From sequence record NC_054903.1: a stretch of DNA of 64,000 bases. One strand, written 5' to 3'. The notes beneath the pieces are model-generated. The model saw only the letters and a program-made list of their open reading frames with translations, was not told the DNA's origin and searched no databases. Positions 28,191 to 38,020 of this stretch are shown piece by piece. Each line of letters begins with the position of its first letter. Positions within the stretch are counted from its first letter, which is position 1. A program made the position numbers and the translations under genes. This stretch comes from Enterobacteria phage GiZh.

Positions 28191-30004
28191 TGGTGTTTAA
28201 CCCTATGCATGATTTCTTTATTTTTACCGAGATTAAATCCGCGCTCGTTCGGATTTCCCAAATAACCACATGTTCTTCTTATGGTATTCATCTTTTTAGG
28301 ATCAGTTTCTCCACAAATAGAACAAACAAATCCGTTTTCAGTAGGAGTCATTTCATGGGTACTTCCACATGTAAAACATTTATCTACTGGCATATTAACA
28401 CCAAAATAATCTAAATGTTGTGCAGCATAATCCCATACGGCCTCAAGACCTTTTAAGTTATTTTTCATATCAGGAAGTTCAACATAAGAAATGTGACCAC
28501 CTGTCGCAATGAAATGATATGGCGCTTCACGAGAAATCTTTTCAAACGGAGTAATATTTTCTTCTACTGAAACATGGAAACTGTTAGTGTACCAGCCTTT
28601 ATCAGTAACATCTTTTACACTTCCATATTTTTCTGTATCAAGTTTACAGAAGCGATAACAAAGGTTTTCAGCAGGAGTCGAATATAAACTAAAAGCAAAT
28701 CCAGTTCTTTCAGTCCACTGTTTAAGATGAGCATTCATTTTAGTTAAAATTTCTCGTCCAATATCACGACCGACAAGAATATTCAATTCGTGAATACCAA
28801 TGTATCCTAAAGACACTGAACTTCTACCGTTTTTAAATAACTCAATTATGTCGTCATCAGGTTTAAGACGAACCCCGAATGCACCTTCTTGGTAAAGAAT
28901 AGGAGCAACAGTAGCTTTAACTCCTTTTAAGGAACTAATTCTACACATCAAAGCTTCAAAACACAGATCCATTCGTTCATTGAATAATTCAACAAATTTC
29001 TGTTCATTGAACTGTGTTCCAATATAAGAATCTAACGCGATGCGAGGAAGATTCAGTGTTACAACACCAAGATTATTACGTCCATCAAGAATTTCATTAC
29101 CAGTCGAATCTTTCCATACGCTCAAGAAACTACGGCAGCCCATTGGAGAAACCGGAACTGAAGAACCAGTAATAGCTTTATTATTCTTAGCTGAAATAAT
29201 ATCAGGATACATTCTTTTGCTTGCACATTCTAGAGCAAGCTGTTTAATATCATAGTTCGGATCGTCTTTATAAAGATTAACACCTTCTTCAACGAACATA
29301 ACAAGCTTAGGGAAAATAGGAGTTATCCCATCACGACCGAGACCTTTAATACGATTTTTCAGAATTGCTTTCTGAATCATTCGTTCAGTCCAGTCAGTTC
29401 CTGTACCAAATGTAATTGTTACAAAAGGTGTTTGTCCGTTTGAACTAAAGAGAGTATTTACTTCATATTCATAAGCTTGGAATGCATCGTATACGTCTTT
29501 TTCTGTTTTAGATTGAGCATAATTCAACGCATCAGCGATTTGCCATTTTTCTGCATCCTCAATATGTTTTGCATAGGTGCGTTTAACATAAGGAGAAAGT
29601 ACTTTATCTACATTCGCAAAAGTCGTTCCGCCATATTGATGGGAAGCAACTTGCGCAGTAATTTGTGCCATAATTGCAGTAGCAACGCCAATTGATTTAG
29701 GAGTTTCAATCTGTGCATTACCAAGCTTAAATCCGTTCTCAAGCATTCCTTTTAAATCTACTAAACAGCAATTAGTAAATGGAAGAGCAGGGGAATAATC
29801 AATATCATGGAAATGAATAATTCCGCTTTCATGCGCTTTCATAATAAAAGACGGGACCATATTTTTGGCAATGTGTTTAGACACAATACCAGCCATAAGG
29901 TCCCGTTGAGTTGGAAAAACACGAGAATCTTTATTAGCATTCTCGTTTAAAAGGTCTTTATTAGTTTTATGAATCAATCCTTCAATTTCTTTTTCAATTG
30001 TCAT
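28187..30004 (-). CDS. nrdD: anaerobic ribonucleoside-triphosphate reductase NrdD (glycyl radical enzyme)
   Basis: 605 aa uninterrupted; C-terminal glycyl radical motif RTCGYLGNP and Zn-ribbon CFTCGSTHE...CSICG. Confidence 0.95.
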   Translation of the reverse strand: MTIEKEIEGLIHKTNKDLLNENANKDSRVFPTQRDLMAGIVSKHIAKNMVPSFIMKAHESGIIHFHDIDYSPALPFTNCCLVDLKGMLENGFKLGNAQIETPKSIGVATAIMAQITAQVASHQYGGTTFANVDKVLSPYVKRTYAKHIEDAEKWQIADALNYAQSKTEKDVYDAFQAYEYEVNTLFSSNGQTPFVTITFGTGTDWTERMIQKAILKNRIKGLGRDGITPIFPKLVMFVEEGVNLYKDDPNYDIKQLALECASKRMYPDIISAKNNKAITGSSVPVSPMGCRSFLSVWKDSTGNEILDGRNNLGVVTLNLPRIALDSYIGTQFNEQKFVELFNERMDLCFEALMCRISSLKGVKATVAPILYQEGAFGVRLKPDDDIIELFKNGRSSVSLGYIGIHELNILVGRDIGREILTKMNAHLKQWTERTGFAFSLYSTPAENLCYRFCKLDTEKYGSVKDVTDKGWYTNSFHVSVEENITPFEKISREAPYHFIATGGHISYVELPDMKNNLKGLEAVWDYAAQHLDYFGVNMPVDKCFTCGSTHEMTPTENGFVCSICGETDPKKMNTIRRTCGYLGNPNERGFNLGKNKEIMHRVKHQ

Positions 30005-30474
30005 TTTAAACTCTTTCTAAGCTGCTTCTTAAATGAAGCTATTAATTGTGTTTTAGTGTCAGATTCATTATATTCAAATCCTCTTTGAAGCATCTCAGCC
30101 ATCATTTCCTCTTTTCCTAAACGAGAAAATTCCTTTGATTTATCTCCAACGAAGTTAGGGTGAATATTATTTTGGGTGTAATCGGATTTTAAATAAGTAA
30201 GTAAATTTTCTAGCCATTCAAGATAATCAACGCCTTGTCCCTTTAAGCCAGAACGATTAAATTTATGCTTCATTTGACCTTCCGCAGCATTGCAGAGATT
30301 ACAGAGCAATCCACGTACCTTTCCTGCTTTTGGTCCATTTAATTCATGGTCATGGTCAAGGTGATTAGCTTGAACATCAGGATTTAGTTCTCGTTGGCAA
30401 ATTAAGCATTTACCGTTTTGTGCATTATAAAATTTTTGTTTTTCTTCTTTATATAATTTGCCAGTCAATAACAT
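30001..30474 (-). CDS. 49: endonuclease VII (Holliday junction resolvase) gp49
   Basis: 157 aa; MLLTGKLYKEEKQKFYNAQNGKCLICQ...HLDHDHELNG matches recalled T4 gp49. Confidence 0.95.
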   Translation of the reverse strand: MLLTGKLYKEEKQKFYNAQNGKCLICQRELNPDVQANHLDHDHELNGPKAGKVRGLLCNLCNAAEGQMKHKFNRSGLKGQGVDYLEWLENLLTYLKSDYTQNNIHPNFVGDKSKEFSRLGKEEMMAEMLQRGFEYNESDTKTQLIASFKKQLRKSLK

Positions 30475-30523
30475 AATAAAACCCTTACCTTAAATAGATA
30501 AGGGTATTTATTATTTTCAAGTA

Positions 30524-30988
30524 TTAAAACGCTCGGTCAGAAAAAGAAATTTGAGTTTCAAGCCATTCAATATATTCTGCCGCGGCTTGCATTAAATTTC
30601 CTTCATAATCATCAATATCTTTTTTCAACGCCGATTTAGATAATGCATATGAAATTCGTTCACCCTGAAATCCAGCTTTAGGTTTATGAAGAACTTGATC
30701 AATTCGTTCTACAACTTCTTCAATTTCGCCATTTTCTGCGGATTCAGTATTCCACAAGCACCAATACGTAATTGGCTTATCATAGATGTTAATAATCTTT
30801 CCATCAGAAAGTTCAATTTCAATAATTCCAGTATCAGGTTCTATATCATCTTCGCATTCTTTTGCAAGTTCACGAACTTTAAAGACAGTACCTGCACTAA
30901 GTTCCGGCCAGTAATTACACAGCCCTTTATCAGCACGATTAATTCTAAACCACTTATCTACTGCAATCATGTCCCATCTCCATATCAA
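30524..30988 (-). CDS. hypothetical protein (possible pin position)
   Basis: 154-aa ORF immediately downstream of gene 49; synteny only. Confidence 0.45.
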   Translation of the reverse strand: MIWRWDMIAVDKWFRINRADKGLCNYWPELSAGTVFKVRELAKECEDDIEPDTGIIEIELSDGKIINIYDKPITYWCLWNTESAENGEIEEVVERIDQVLHKPKAGFQGERISYALSKSALKKDIDDYEGNLMQAAAEYIEWLETQISFSDRAF

Positions 30989-31093
30989 TTAAGTCATTTA
31001 TTGTTGGTTCATTATATACTGTTTCTTCATCAGTGTAAACCGGTTCTTCCGGCTCTGGCTCTACAGTTTCCCATCTAGCCGCCCACCAAGGTT

Positions 31094-31414
31094 TTATAGC
31101 GTAATCCATTCTCGTACTGTCTGAGTTACTACACGTTCATGGGGCTCGACTAGTTCAACAGTCGGAACTGCATAATACCAGTCAGAATGATAAGAACCTG
31201 ACCGAGATTCATTTACAGCCACATGTACATTATGTTTTGGACTAAAGTAAACACACTGACGATATTGACATTTACCATCTTGCACCCAGTCTTCTATTTC
31301 GACAGGTTTAAGATAATCGGAAAAATCGAAATCATAGTTTTCCGAAAATGCATCATGGTCTTCAATGATTTCGCTCAGAACTGCATCAACATCTAATTTA
31401 TTTTCAATAGTCAT
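31094..31414 (-). CDS. hypothetical protein
   Basis: 106-aa acidic ORF. Confidence 0.45.
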   Translation of the reverse strand: MTIENKLDVDAVLSEIIEDHDAFSENYDFDFSDYLKPVEIEDWVQDGKCQYRQCVYFSPKHNVHVAVNESRSGSYHSDWYYAVPTVELVEPHERVVTQTVREWITL

Positions 31415-31597
31415 TTTTCACCAATTAATTTCGCAATTTATTAAGTTCTTCATCATCAATCCAGGATTCTAGTCCTGATGGCAGGGCACATTCAATTTCC
31501 CAAAGAAGTTCTTCAATTTTCTGAAGACGTTCTAGTTCTTCGGCTGGAATAGCAACCATTGACGGAGCTCGTGATACATTAATATCGTAAATCATAT

Positions 31598-31813
31598 TTA
31601 CCCCAATTTAACCATACAATCGCCGTATTTCCACTTAGAAATAGACTTTTCACCATTAGAATAATAAACTTCGAGTTTAGCACGATTATTTTTAATTTGA
31701 ATAACCTTTGCTGTCATCAAAGTTCCATACCCATAATAAACTGCAACTTCATCACCTACATATACCGCGCTTCCACGATAATCATGGATATAATCAGTTC
31801 CTTCGAGCATCAT
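31598..31813 (-). CDS. hypothetical protein
   Basis: 71-aa ORF, ATGA overlap with nrdC stop. Confidence 0.45.
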   Translation of the reverse strand: MMLEGTDYIHDYRGSAVYVGDEVAVYYGYGTLMTAKVIQIKNNRAKLEVYYSNGEKSISKWKYGDCMVKLG

Positions 31814-32073
31814 TTAAAGTATTCTCGCAGTTGGTCAAATCCACCAATATGACTTCCATCAGGAGCAAATACCTGAGGCATTGTCAAGCCGATTTGAGTA
31901 TCACGACCTAGTTTAGTCAGAAGCTCAGCGATTTTCTCATCATCAAAAACACCTTTTTCCGGCATAATGTTGATAAATTCAAACGGCTGTTTCTTCACAG
32001 TCAAAAGACGTTTTGCATTATCGCAATACACGCATTTATGAATGTTGCTATCATAACCATATACTTTAAACAT
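31810..32073 (-). CDS. nrdC: thioredoxin/glutaredoxin NrdC
   Basis: 87 aa MFKVYGYDSNIHKCVYCDNAKRLL... with CVYC redox motif. Confidence 0.9.
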   Translation of the reverse strand: MFKVYGYDSNIHKCVYCDNAKRLLTVKKQPFEFINIMPEKGVFDDEKIAELLTKLGRDTQIGLTMPQVFAPDGSHIGGFDQLREYFK

Positions 32074-32074
32074 A

Positions 32075-32317
32075 TTATTCCTTAATTCCTAGTACTTGTT
32101 TAAAAGTCTCGTCGTAATCAAGACTTTGGCCCGTTTGTTCTTTATGTTTGTATATAATATCACTTACTTCTGATAGCATATTTTTATATGAACGAGTTAA
32201 AGCAGATTTAAGCACGCTGTATCTATCAGGAAATTTACCATGTTCATTATAATAAGCTATTGCTAATTCACGGACTGCCTTTTCAGCAGTCTCCATATAT
32301 TCTTTACGCTTGGTCAT
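32075..32317 (-). CDS. hypothetical protein
   Basis: ATG verified at 32317-32315 ([18 protein letters not shown]...); track extension overlaps upstream gene. Confidence 0.45.
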
Positions 32318-32621
32318 TTTCTTCTCGGTCAAATCGGTGTTTACAATGGCGACATTTATAACGAAGATTATTAGTCTGCCAATGGACCAATTGCACCTGT
32401 TCAGTTCCACATTCAGGGCAATTAGGAACGTTTTTAGAAGCCCTTTCGCGACGTTCAACCATAGCCATAATAGCATCCCATGCTGGAGGTTTAAAGTCTA
32501 AATCATCACAACCATGAATCTTTCCACGCATTTCCAGATCGTCTTCTTCACCAGCCATAATAATTTTAATTAGACTGGAATTACTTGAAGCTGCAATATC
32601 TTCTAATAGACGCTTTTTCAT
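32304..32621 (-). CDS. zinc-ribbon protein
   Basis: 105 aa; CPECG...CRHCKH four-Cys motif. Confidence 0.5.
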
Positions 32622-33547
32622 TTCAATACCTCAATAGCATTACGTAAACCATTTGCTTTTGCATTAAGAGCTTTTAACAATTTGGTGTGTTCGGCAATCT
32701 GGGCTTCAACTTCAATCAAACGGGCATTGAGATATTCACGTTCTTCACTCAGATTATCAACCTTTTCTACTTTAGGTTCTTTTACAACTGTCTTATATGT
32801 ATTAGGGTTCTTCAGTTTAATTAGAATGCGTGAACTGTATAACATTGAACCATTATCTTCGGTTTCGTCATACATTTCCACTACGTCCATAATTTTTAAC
32901 ATCATGCGGAGTTTATAAGACAACGAACGAATAGTTTTGTTGTGCTTATTAATTTCTTTAGCTGTCATGGTGCCAAGATTACGTGAGTAATAATAAGGAA
33001 CCTGGATATTAATTAATACTGATGAACCACCTGGCTTGTGTGTTACTTCATCAGCAATAACCCAGTCCTTAACATGAACTGTATTTGTACGGTCATCGCC
33101 CGCGGTAAATAGTTTGCGAGCATGCTTAAAAAGCATATTCACTTGGTCATTGAATTGACAAGCAAATTTATCAGCAAATTTAGTTTCAGGAATGGTAGAT
33201 AACCAATCAGCCAAATGAGTCTTTTTAACATCGTTAACAATAGTAAATTCAACCAAATCGGTTATAGATGTCTCAGATTTAATAAAGCTCGGCTTCATAA
33301 AGTTTTTAATGTTATCGTGAGCTACAGTAGAAGATAACATACGAGAACGTTTAAACCATTCAAGCAAATTACCTAACGAATGAGAATAAGCGTTTTGAGT
33401 ATCTTTACAGATATGATTTTCCTGGCCAACATATTGAAGGAAATCACGAAGAATATTATTGATTACTGCTCTGTGTCCGATCTGATAATTACGATGTTTA
33501 GTAATAAGACTGTCAAAATAATCAATGTAATGTTTACGAGTTTTCAT
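32618..33547 (-). CDS. hypothetical protein with C-terminal coiled coil
   Basis: 309 aa; N-terminus MKTRKHY; C-terminal heptad-like helix [37 protein letters not shown]. Confidence 0.55.
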   Translation of the reverse strand: MKTRKHYIDYFDSLITKHRNYQIGHRAVINNILRDFLQYVGQENHICKDTQNAYSHSLGNLLEWFKRSRMLSSTVAHDNIKNFMKPSFIKSETSITDLVEFTIVNDVKKTHLADWLSTIPETKFADKFACQFNDQVNMLFKHARKLFTAGDDRTNTVHVKDWVIADEVTHKPGGSSVLINIQVPYYYSRNLGTMTAKEINKHNKTIRSLSYKLRMMLKIMDVVEMYDETEDNGSMLYSSRILIKLKNPNTYKTVVKEPKVEKVDNLSEEREYLNARLIEVEAQIAEHTKLLKALNAKANGLRNAIEVLK

Positions 33548-33599
33548 GTTCTTCTCACTTGGTTAATGATTTATGCTCCGAGCCATCCTTGGCTTTAAA

Positions 33600-34601
33600 T
33601 TACTTAATTAACTGTAAAGCTTGTTCAAGACGATCCAAGCGATTGACAGATTCTTCCCAAATCTTTTTAGCCTGCTCATATTCTTTCTGCGCTTTATTAG
33701 AAATTTCTAGAACTTCTTTATAAGCTTTTTCTAATGCAATAACTTCTGGACGAATTTCTGCCGGTTCAGGCGAATCATCAAGATTATCCATTAGTTCCTC
33801 AAGGGTAGTTTCTTCTTTAGGAGTATTCACAATTTCCTCACATTTTTGTTGATAAATTTCTTTATCAGTAGGTGAATAAGCACATTTCACTTCACGAAGA
33901 CTAATTACAATTTTATATCCTTCCCATCCGCATATATTCTTAAAAGGATATGTATGAATATTTTCTACTGTTTCCATACAAAGTAATGCAGTCTCTAACT
34001 GACGAGTTATAGTGCTAGCAATTGAGAAAAATTTATTAATATTCTTTTGGTTAGCGTTTGGTGTAAAAAATCCATAATTCACAAAAATAGCTACTTTATT
34101 TTCATCAAGCTCATATTCTTTTACGATAATCATATCAGAAGCCAAAGGATGAATTTGACGATAATCGCCATAACATAATTTAGAAGCTGATTTTAGAATT
34201 TGTCCTTTGAAAAGTCTGAAATTACTAATCCAACGACGAGTAAAAATATTCTCAGGGTCTTCTTTATTATTAAGATGATAAGAATTAACATCACCGAACC
34301 AATTATATCCTACTACATCTTTGGTTCGTTTAATTTCTTTCCCAAAATTACCAAGAATATCCCGATTAACCAAATATGAAAGAAGACGAGACTCTTTAAA
34401 AGTTTTCTTGATAACATCTTTATCTACACGGCTAGAAATTTTACGAATTTCATGAATAAATTTAGTAGAAGAAACAATACTTGCATCAACACTATTGAGC
34501 CATTGATTGATAATAGAAAGAACGATATTTTGACCAAACATCGGTATAGCTTTATCATCAATAACGCTATTGAATGATTTGATATATTCGTTACGAGTCA
34601 T
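33600..34601 (-). CDS. hypothetical protein with C-terminal coiled coil
   Basis: ATG 34601-34599 with GAGGAGA RBS (MTRNEYIKSF...); track N-terminal extension covers the early promoter; C-terminal amphipathic helix. Confidence 0.55.
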   Translation of the reverse strand: MTRNEYIKSFNSVIDDKAIPMFGQNIVLSIINQWLNSVDASIVSSTKFIHEIRKISSRVDKDVIKKTFKESRLLSYLVNRDILGNFGKEIKRTKDVVGYNWFGDVNSYHLNNKEDPENIFTRRWISNFRLFKGQILKSASKLCYGDYRQIHPLASDMIIVKEYELDENKVAIFVNYGFFTPNANQKNINKFFSIASTITRQLETALLCMETVENIHTYPFKNICGWEGYKIVISLREVKCAYSPTDKEIYQQKCEEIVNTPKEETTLEELMDNLDDSPEPAEIRPEVIALEKAYKEVLEISNKAQKEYEQAKKIWEESVNRLDRLEQALQLIK

Positions 34602-34629
34602 ATTAATCTCCTCAGTAGAAAGTAAGAAC

Positions 34630-34659
34630 ATTATACCACATCCTTGTGGCAAAGTAAAC
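34630..34659 (-). promoter_or_regulatory. T4-type early promoter
   Basis: minus strand GTTTACT, 17 nt, TATAAT. Confidence 0.5.
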
Positions 34660-35663
34660 TAGTTCAGTGCATTTAGTGCATTGTTCAGTTTAGAACGTTG
34701 CTTCGTGAGATTTTTGACTTTTTCTTGTGCTTTTTCTAGCATCTTTTCAGCTTCTAACACTTCATTGGTCGCTTTAACGAGTTCATCATCTACTGCCTTG
34801 ATGGACTTCTCAATCGCATCCGCGTGCCATTTTTCAACAGGTTTAAGACTCGGATTTTCAACAGGAAGAAAATTCACTTTATTAAATTTCCATGCATCTT
34901 TATTACCTGAACTATACATCCAAAATTTAGGATCGTTTGATGAGTAATTAGTTTGGGGTTCAGGTTTTTTCTCTTGTGTAACTTCGTCCTTTCTCAAAAA
35001 ATCATATTTAAATGAAACGATCATATCAAGTTCATATGTTGTCGTATCTAATTTAAATCGTTCGAAATGCTGCGAAATCTTAGATTGAACAGCAGCAACA
35101 ACATCCATATACTTAAATGCTTCTGTCAGCTGTGATTTAAGACATTCACAAATTGAAAGAGAATTTTTTGTATTAGGTTTAAAGCTAATTCGTGCAGTTC
35201 TATTATTTTCTTTAGATGGTCTTACTTCCATTTGAAGAGTATAACCATCAAATTTCAGATTCTTTAAGTTAATATCAGAACCTTTTAATCGACTAGCAGT
35301 AGACAAAATTTGCTTTAATTGTTTACGGAATAGAGCAATAAATCTCCATTCAAGACGATAATGATTTGGATTGAAAAATCCAGATGATAAATCGACCTTA
35401 CTCTGACCGACGCCTTGAACAAATAGAGGATTTTTATAATCAATAGTTTTACAGAAATCGGTGAGCTGCTCACGAGCAGTCATTTGTGTAATATATCCCG
35501 CTTTACTAAAATGACGTAACCATTCACTGCTATTCATATATTTAAAGTGAATATCACGATTAACTTTATCAGGGTCTAAATTATTTTGGCACAAAAATGT
35601 CATAACATTACGGGTATAGCTGGCATTACGAACCATATCTTCAATTTGAGAACGAGTTTTCAT
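34659..35663 (-). CDS. hypothetical protein with C-terminal coiled coil
   Basis: 334 aa; N-terminus MKTRSQI; C-terminus KMLEKAQEKVKNLTKQRSKLNNALNALN. Confidence 0.55.
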   Translation of the reverse strand: MKTRSQIEDMVRNASYTRNVMTFLCQNNLDPDKVNRDIHFKYMNSSEWLRHFSKAGYITQMTAREQLTDFCKTIDYKNPLFVQGVGQSKVDLSSGFFNPNHYRLEWRFIALFRKQLKQILSTASRLKGSDINLKNLKFDGYTLQMEVRPSKENNRTARISFKPNTKNSLSICECLKSQLTEAFKYMDVVAAVQSKISQHFERFKLDTTTYELDMIVSFKYDFLRKDEVTQEKKPEPQTNYSSNDPKFWMYSSGNKDAWKFNKVNFLPVENPSLKPVEKWHADAIEKSIKAVDDELVKATNEVLEAEKMLEKAQEKVKNLTKQRSKLNNALNALN

Positions 35664-35671
35664 AGTGTTCC

Positions 35672-36580
35672 TTAAGATTTAAGTAAATCAACAATTTTAA
35701 TTAATTTTTCACGCTCAGATTTAGCTTTACTACTCAATCCAGATAGTCTGAAAATTTCATCGTCATACTGTTGAATAGAAATATTCAGCTCTTCAATTTG
35801 CTTATTAAAATAATCAATTTGTTCAGAATGTTTTTCGTTACTACGAACTGGTACAGGTTTTGTAGGCAATTTAGTTGAACTGGATTCATCCGGGCGATAA
35901 ATTAAAATACAACTTGAACCAATTGGACATTTTGCACCAGATGAATATTCTAACGTTCCAGCTTCTTTTAAAACTTCAAAAGCTAAACAGAGATGATGCC
36001 CCATATTAACATAATCTGTAGAGCGAGCTCTGACGTAATAATCATCGCCGCGAATACTAAATTTAAAGCATTTAAGGTCTTCTGTATTATTGGTCTTAAA
36101 AATCATTTGTTTATCTAGACCTTTAGCTAATCGAGCGCCTAATGCTAATAATCGTCGTTGATTTTCCCACAAATCTGCGATCATTTGGTCAAATGATAAT
36201 TTCGGCATTAGTCGACCATAAAGGTCATATCCTTTATTATAATTACGAAGAATTTCACTCGCGTTAATACGAGACAATGCTCCAATTTTATTAAGGGCTT
36301 TCATAATGCGATTAGATAAACCCATTCCAGACCCGTTTGTTCGCTGTAAATGTTTTTCTAATCCAAATCCAATATCAACTTTAAACTTATCTAAAATTTC
36401 TGCATGAACATCTCTGTCAATAACATTCAAATCCAAAGTTGGGTTAAATCTATGAAAAAATTTATCTGGCTCTCCACGACGAAGTATAGTCCATTCATTC
36501 AATTTTTTATTAACTAAAGATTTAATTACTGCATTGACATTATTAATTACTACTGACATATTTTCCTCACTCAATTTCAA
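35672..36580 (-). CDS. hypothetical protein with C-terminal coiled coil
   Basis: 302 aa; C-terminus QIEELNISIQQYDDEIFRLSGLSSKAKSEREKLIKIVDLLKS. Confidence 0.55.
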   Translation of the reverse strand: MKLSEENMSVVINNVNAVIKSLVNKKLNEWTILRRGEPDKFFHRFNPTLDLNVIDRDVHAEILDKFKVDIGFGLEKHLQRTNGSGMGLSNRIMKALNKIGALSRINASEILRNYNKGYDLYGRLMPKLSFDQMIADLWENQRRLLALGARLAKGLDKQMIFKTNNTEDLKCFKFSIRGDDYYVRARSTDYVNMGHHLCLAFEVLKEAGTLEYSSGAKCPIGSSCILIYRPDESSSTKLPTKPVPVRSNEKHSEQIDYFNKQIEELNISIQQYDDEIFRLSGLSSKAKSEREKLIKIVDLLKS

Positions 36581-36974
36581 TTTTACTAAATATACAGAAT
36601 ATGATGGAAAAGACTATATAAGCACCACACACAGATTGAACTAATACCATTCCAAAGAACCAAACAATATTATCAAACAATGTCTGTTTTACGTCGAAAG
36701 GACGTAAACTTACAGTAATATTATCACCTTTTTCTATTGAAGAATACATCTCCGGTGAAATATATTCGCTAAATCTATAACCGTCTTTAAGTTCATATAC
36801 GGCAATAAACGATAAACTAGACCCCTTTCCTTGAGTTCCTGTAAGGGTATTAACTACAGTAACATCATAATCTTTATAATGCATATAATCATTAATAGCA
36901 TAATAACCATATGCAATTACTATACATAAACAACATATCAATAAATTCAATCTTTTAATTATCAACTGTTTCAT
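36567..36974 (-). CDS. membrane protein
   Basis: 135 aa with N- and C-terminal hydrophobic helices. Confidence 0.5.
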   Translation of the reverse strand: MKQLIIKRLNLLICCLCIVIAYGYYAINDYMHYKDYDVTVVNTLTGTQGKGSSLSFIAVYELKDGYRFSEYISPEMYSSIEKGDNITVSLRPFDVKQTLFDNIVWFFGMVLVQSVCGAYIVFSIIFCIFSKIEIE

Positions 36975-37029
36975 AATAATCTCAGTTAAAAGGGCTTAGA
37001 ACCATTATACCATCCTTGGTATAAAGCGG

Positions 37030-37557
37030 TTATGCGAGTACCGTCTTTAACCGTTCTTCAAACTTCCGAAGAGTATTCTGGCGTTCAGCTCTTTGCTTTT
37101 TGTAAGTTTCAATACGCTCTGAAATGAGAGTGTATCGTTCATTTACTGATTCTTTCATAAAATCAGGAATTTCACGAGAAGCTTTAATCTCGTCAAATTT
37201 ATCAATAACTGCTTGCTCTTCAGCAATTAAGTTATCATACATCAAAATATCTTTCTTGATGAACTCAATATCTTCTTGAGTTACACGAGATAATTTAGAT
37301 GCTTTATCCTTTTTGTACTGTTCGTTAGTATCACGAGACCAGTGTAATGTACGATTTTTATTCGTATTCTTGTAAATTTCTACAATACCAATCTCATCGA
37401 TAATAATGATCCAATTCCAACGGGATTTGTAAATTTGTCCTCCATCAACCGTGATTTCACCTCCAATTGAGATGTCATTAAAGAACTTGCTTTGTGCTTC
37501 AGATTTAAATTTACCATCGTTGTAATTTACCAAGTTAAAAATATCTTTAGCATTCAT
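37030..37557 (-). CDS. hypothetical protein with C-terminal coiled coil
   Basis: 175-aa ORF just downstream of an early promoter; helical charged C-terminal half. Confidence 0.5.
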   Translation of the reverse strand: MNAKDIFNLVNYNDGKFKSEAQSKFFNDISIGGEITVDGGQIYKSRWNWIIIIDEIGIVEIYKNTNKNRTLHWSRDTNEQYKKDKASKLSRVTQEDIEFIKKDILMYDNLIAEEQAVIDKFDEIKASREIPDFMKESVNERYTLISERIETYKKQRAERQNTLRKFEERLKTVLA

Positions 37558-37584
37558 TTTTGTTCCTCCGTAGTTGATAGTTGT

Positions 37585-37615
37585 ATAGTACCACAGAGGA
37601 ACGGTCTTGTAAACA
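37585..37615 (-). promoter_or_regulatory. T4-type early promoter
   Basis: minus strand GTTTACA, 17 nt, TACTAT; contains the conserved agttgatagttgtatagtacca block. Confidence 0.55.
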
Positions 37616-37616
37616 A

Positions 37617-37931
37617 CTAAAAGAAACTTCTTTCACAATTTTTTCCACTGAACCATGCGCTCACTGCTTTCTTAGTCTCAGGAGCGGTGTTATCCATAAA
37701 CCATTCAAATGCAGCCTTTTTATGATTCTGGAGGGCTTCTCGGGCTTTAATCTGCTCACGGTCTATTAACACTAACATATGAGCCTTTCTTGTCACCAAG
37801 GGCTTCTTATGATTTTTTGAATATTCCCAATCATTTGTCCAACGCATTGTCGTTGCGAACTGAAATACTGCTTCTTTAATTTTAGTTTCGTAAATTTCAC
37901 GAGCCTTTGAGTATAACATCACTACCTCCAT
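37617..37931 (-). CDS. hypothetical protein
   Basis: 104-aa ORF. Confidence 0.45.
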   Translation of the reverse strand: MEVVMLYSKAREIYETKIKEAVFQFATTMRWTNDWEYSKNHKKPLVTRKAHMLVLIDREQIKAREALQNHKKAAFEWFMDNTAPETKKAVSAWFSGKNCERSFF

Positions 37932-38020
37932 TTACCAGTTTAATTCTAGTCATCTTTTTGATGGCAGTCCATATAATCTATTTCTGAACTGCCTTTTTGT
38001 CTTAGAAGTCCTCTTATGAA

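Noticed and set aside
28187-30004. Search for a group I intron or intron-encoded endonuclease in nrdD
   Set aside because: The reading frame is continuous for 605 codons; no intron present.
36981-37030. Inverted repeat ccattatacc...ggtataaagcgg considered as a promoter or operator
   Set aside because: No acceptably spaced -35/-10 pair could be defined; left unannotated.
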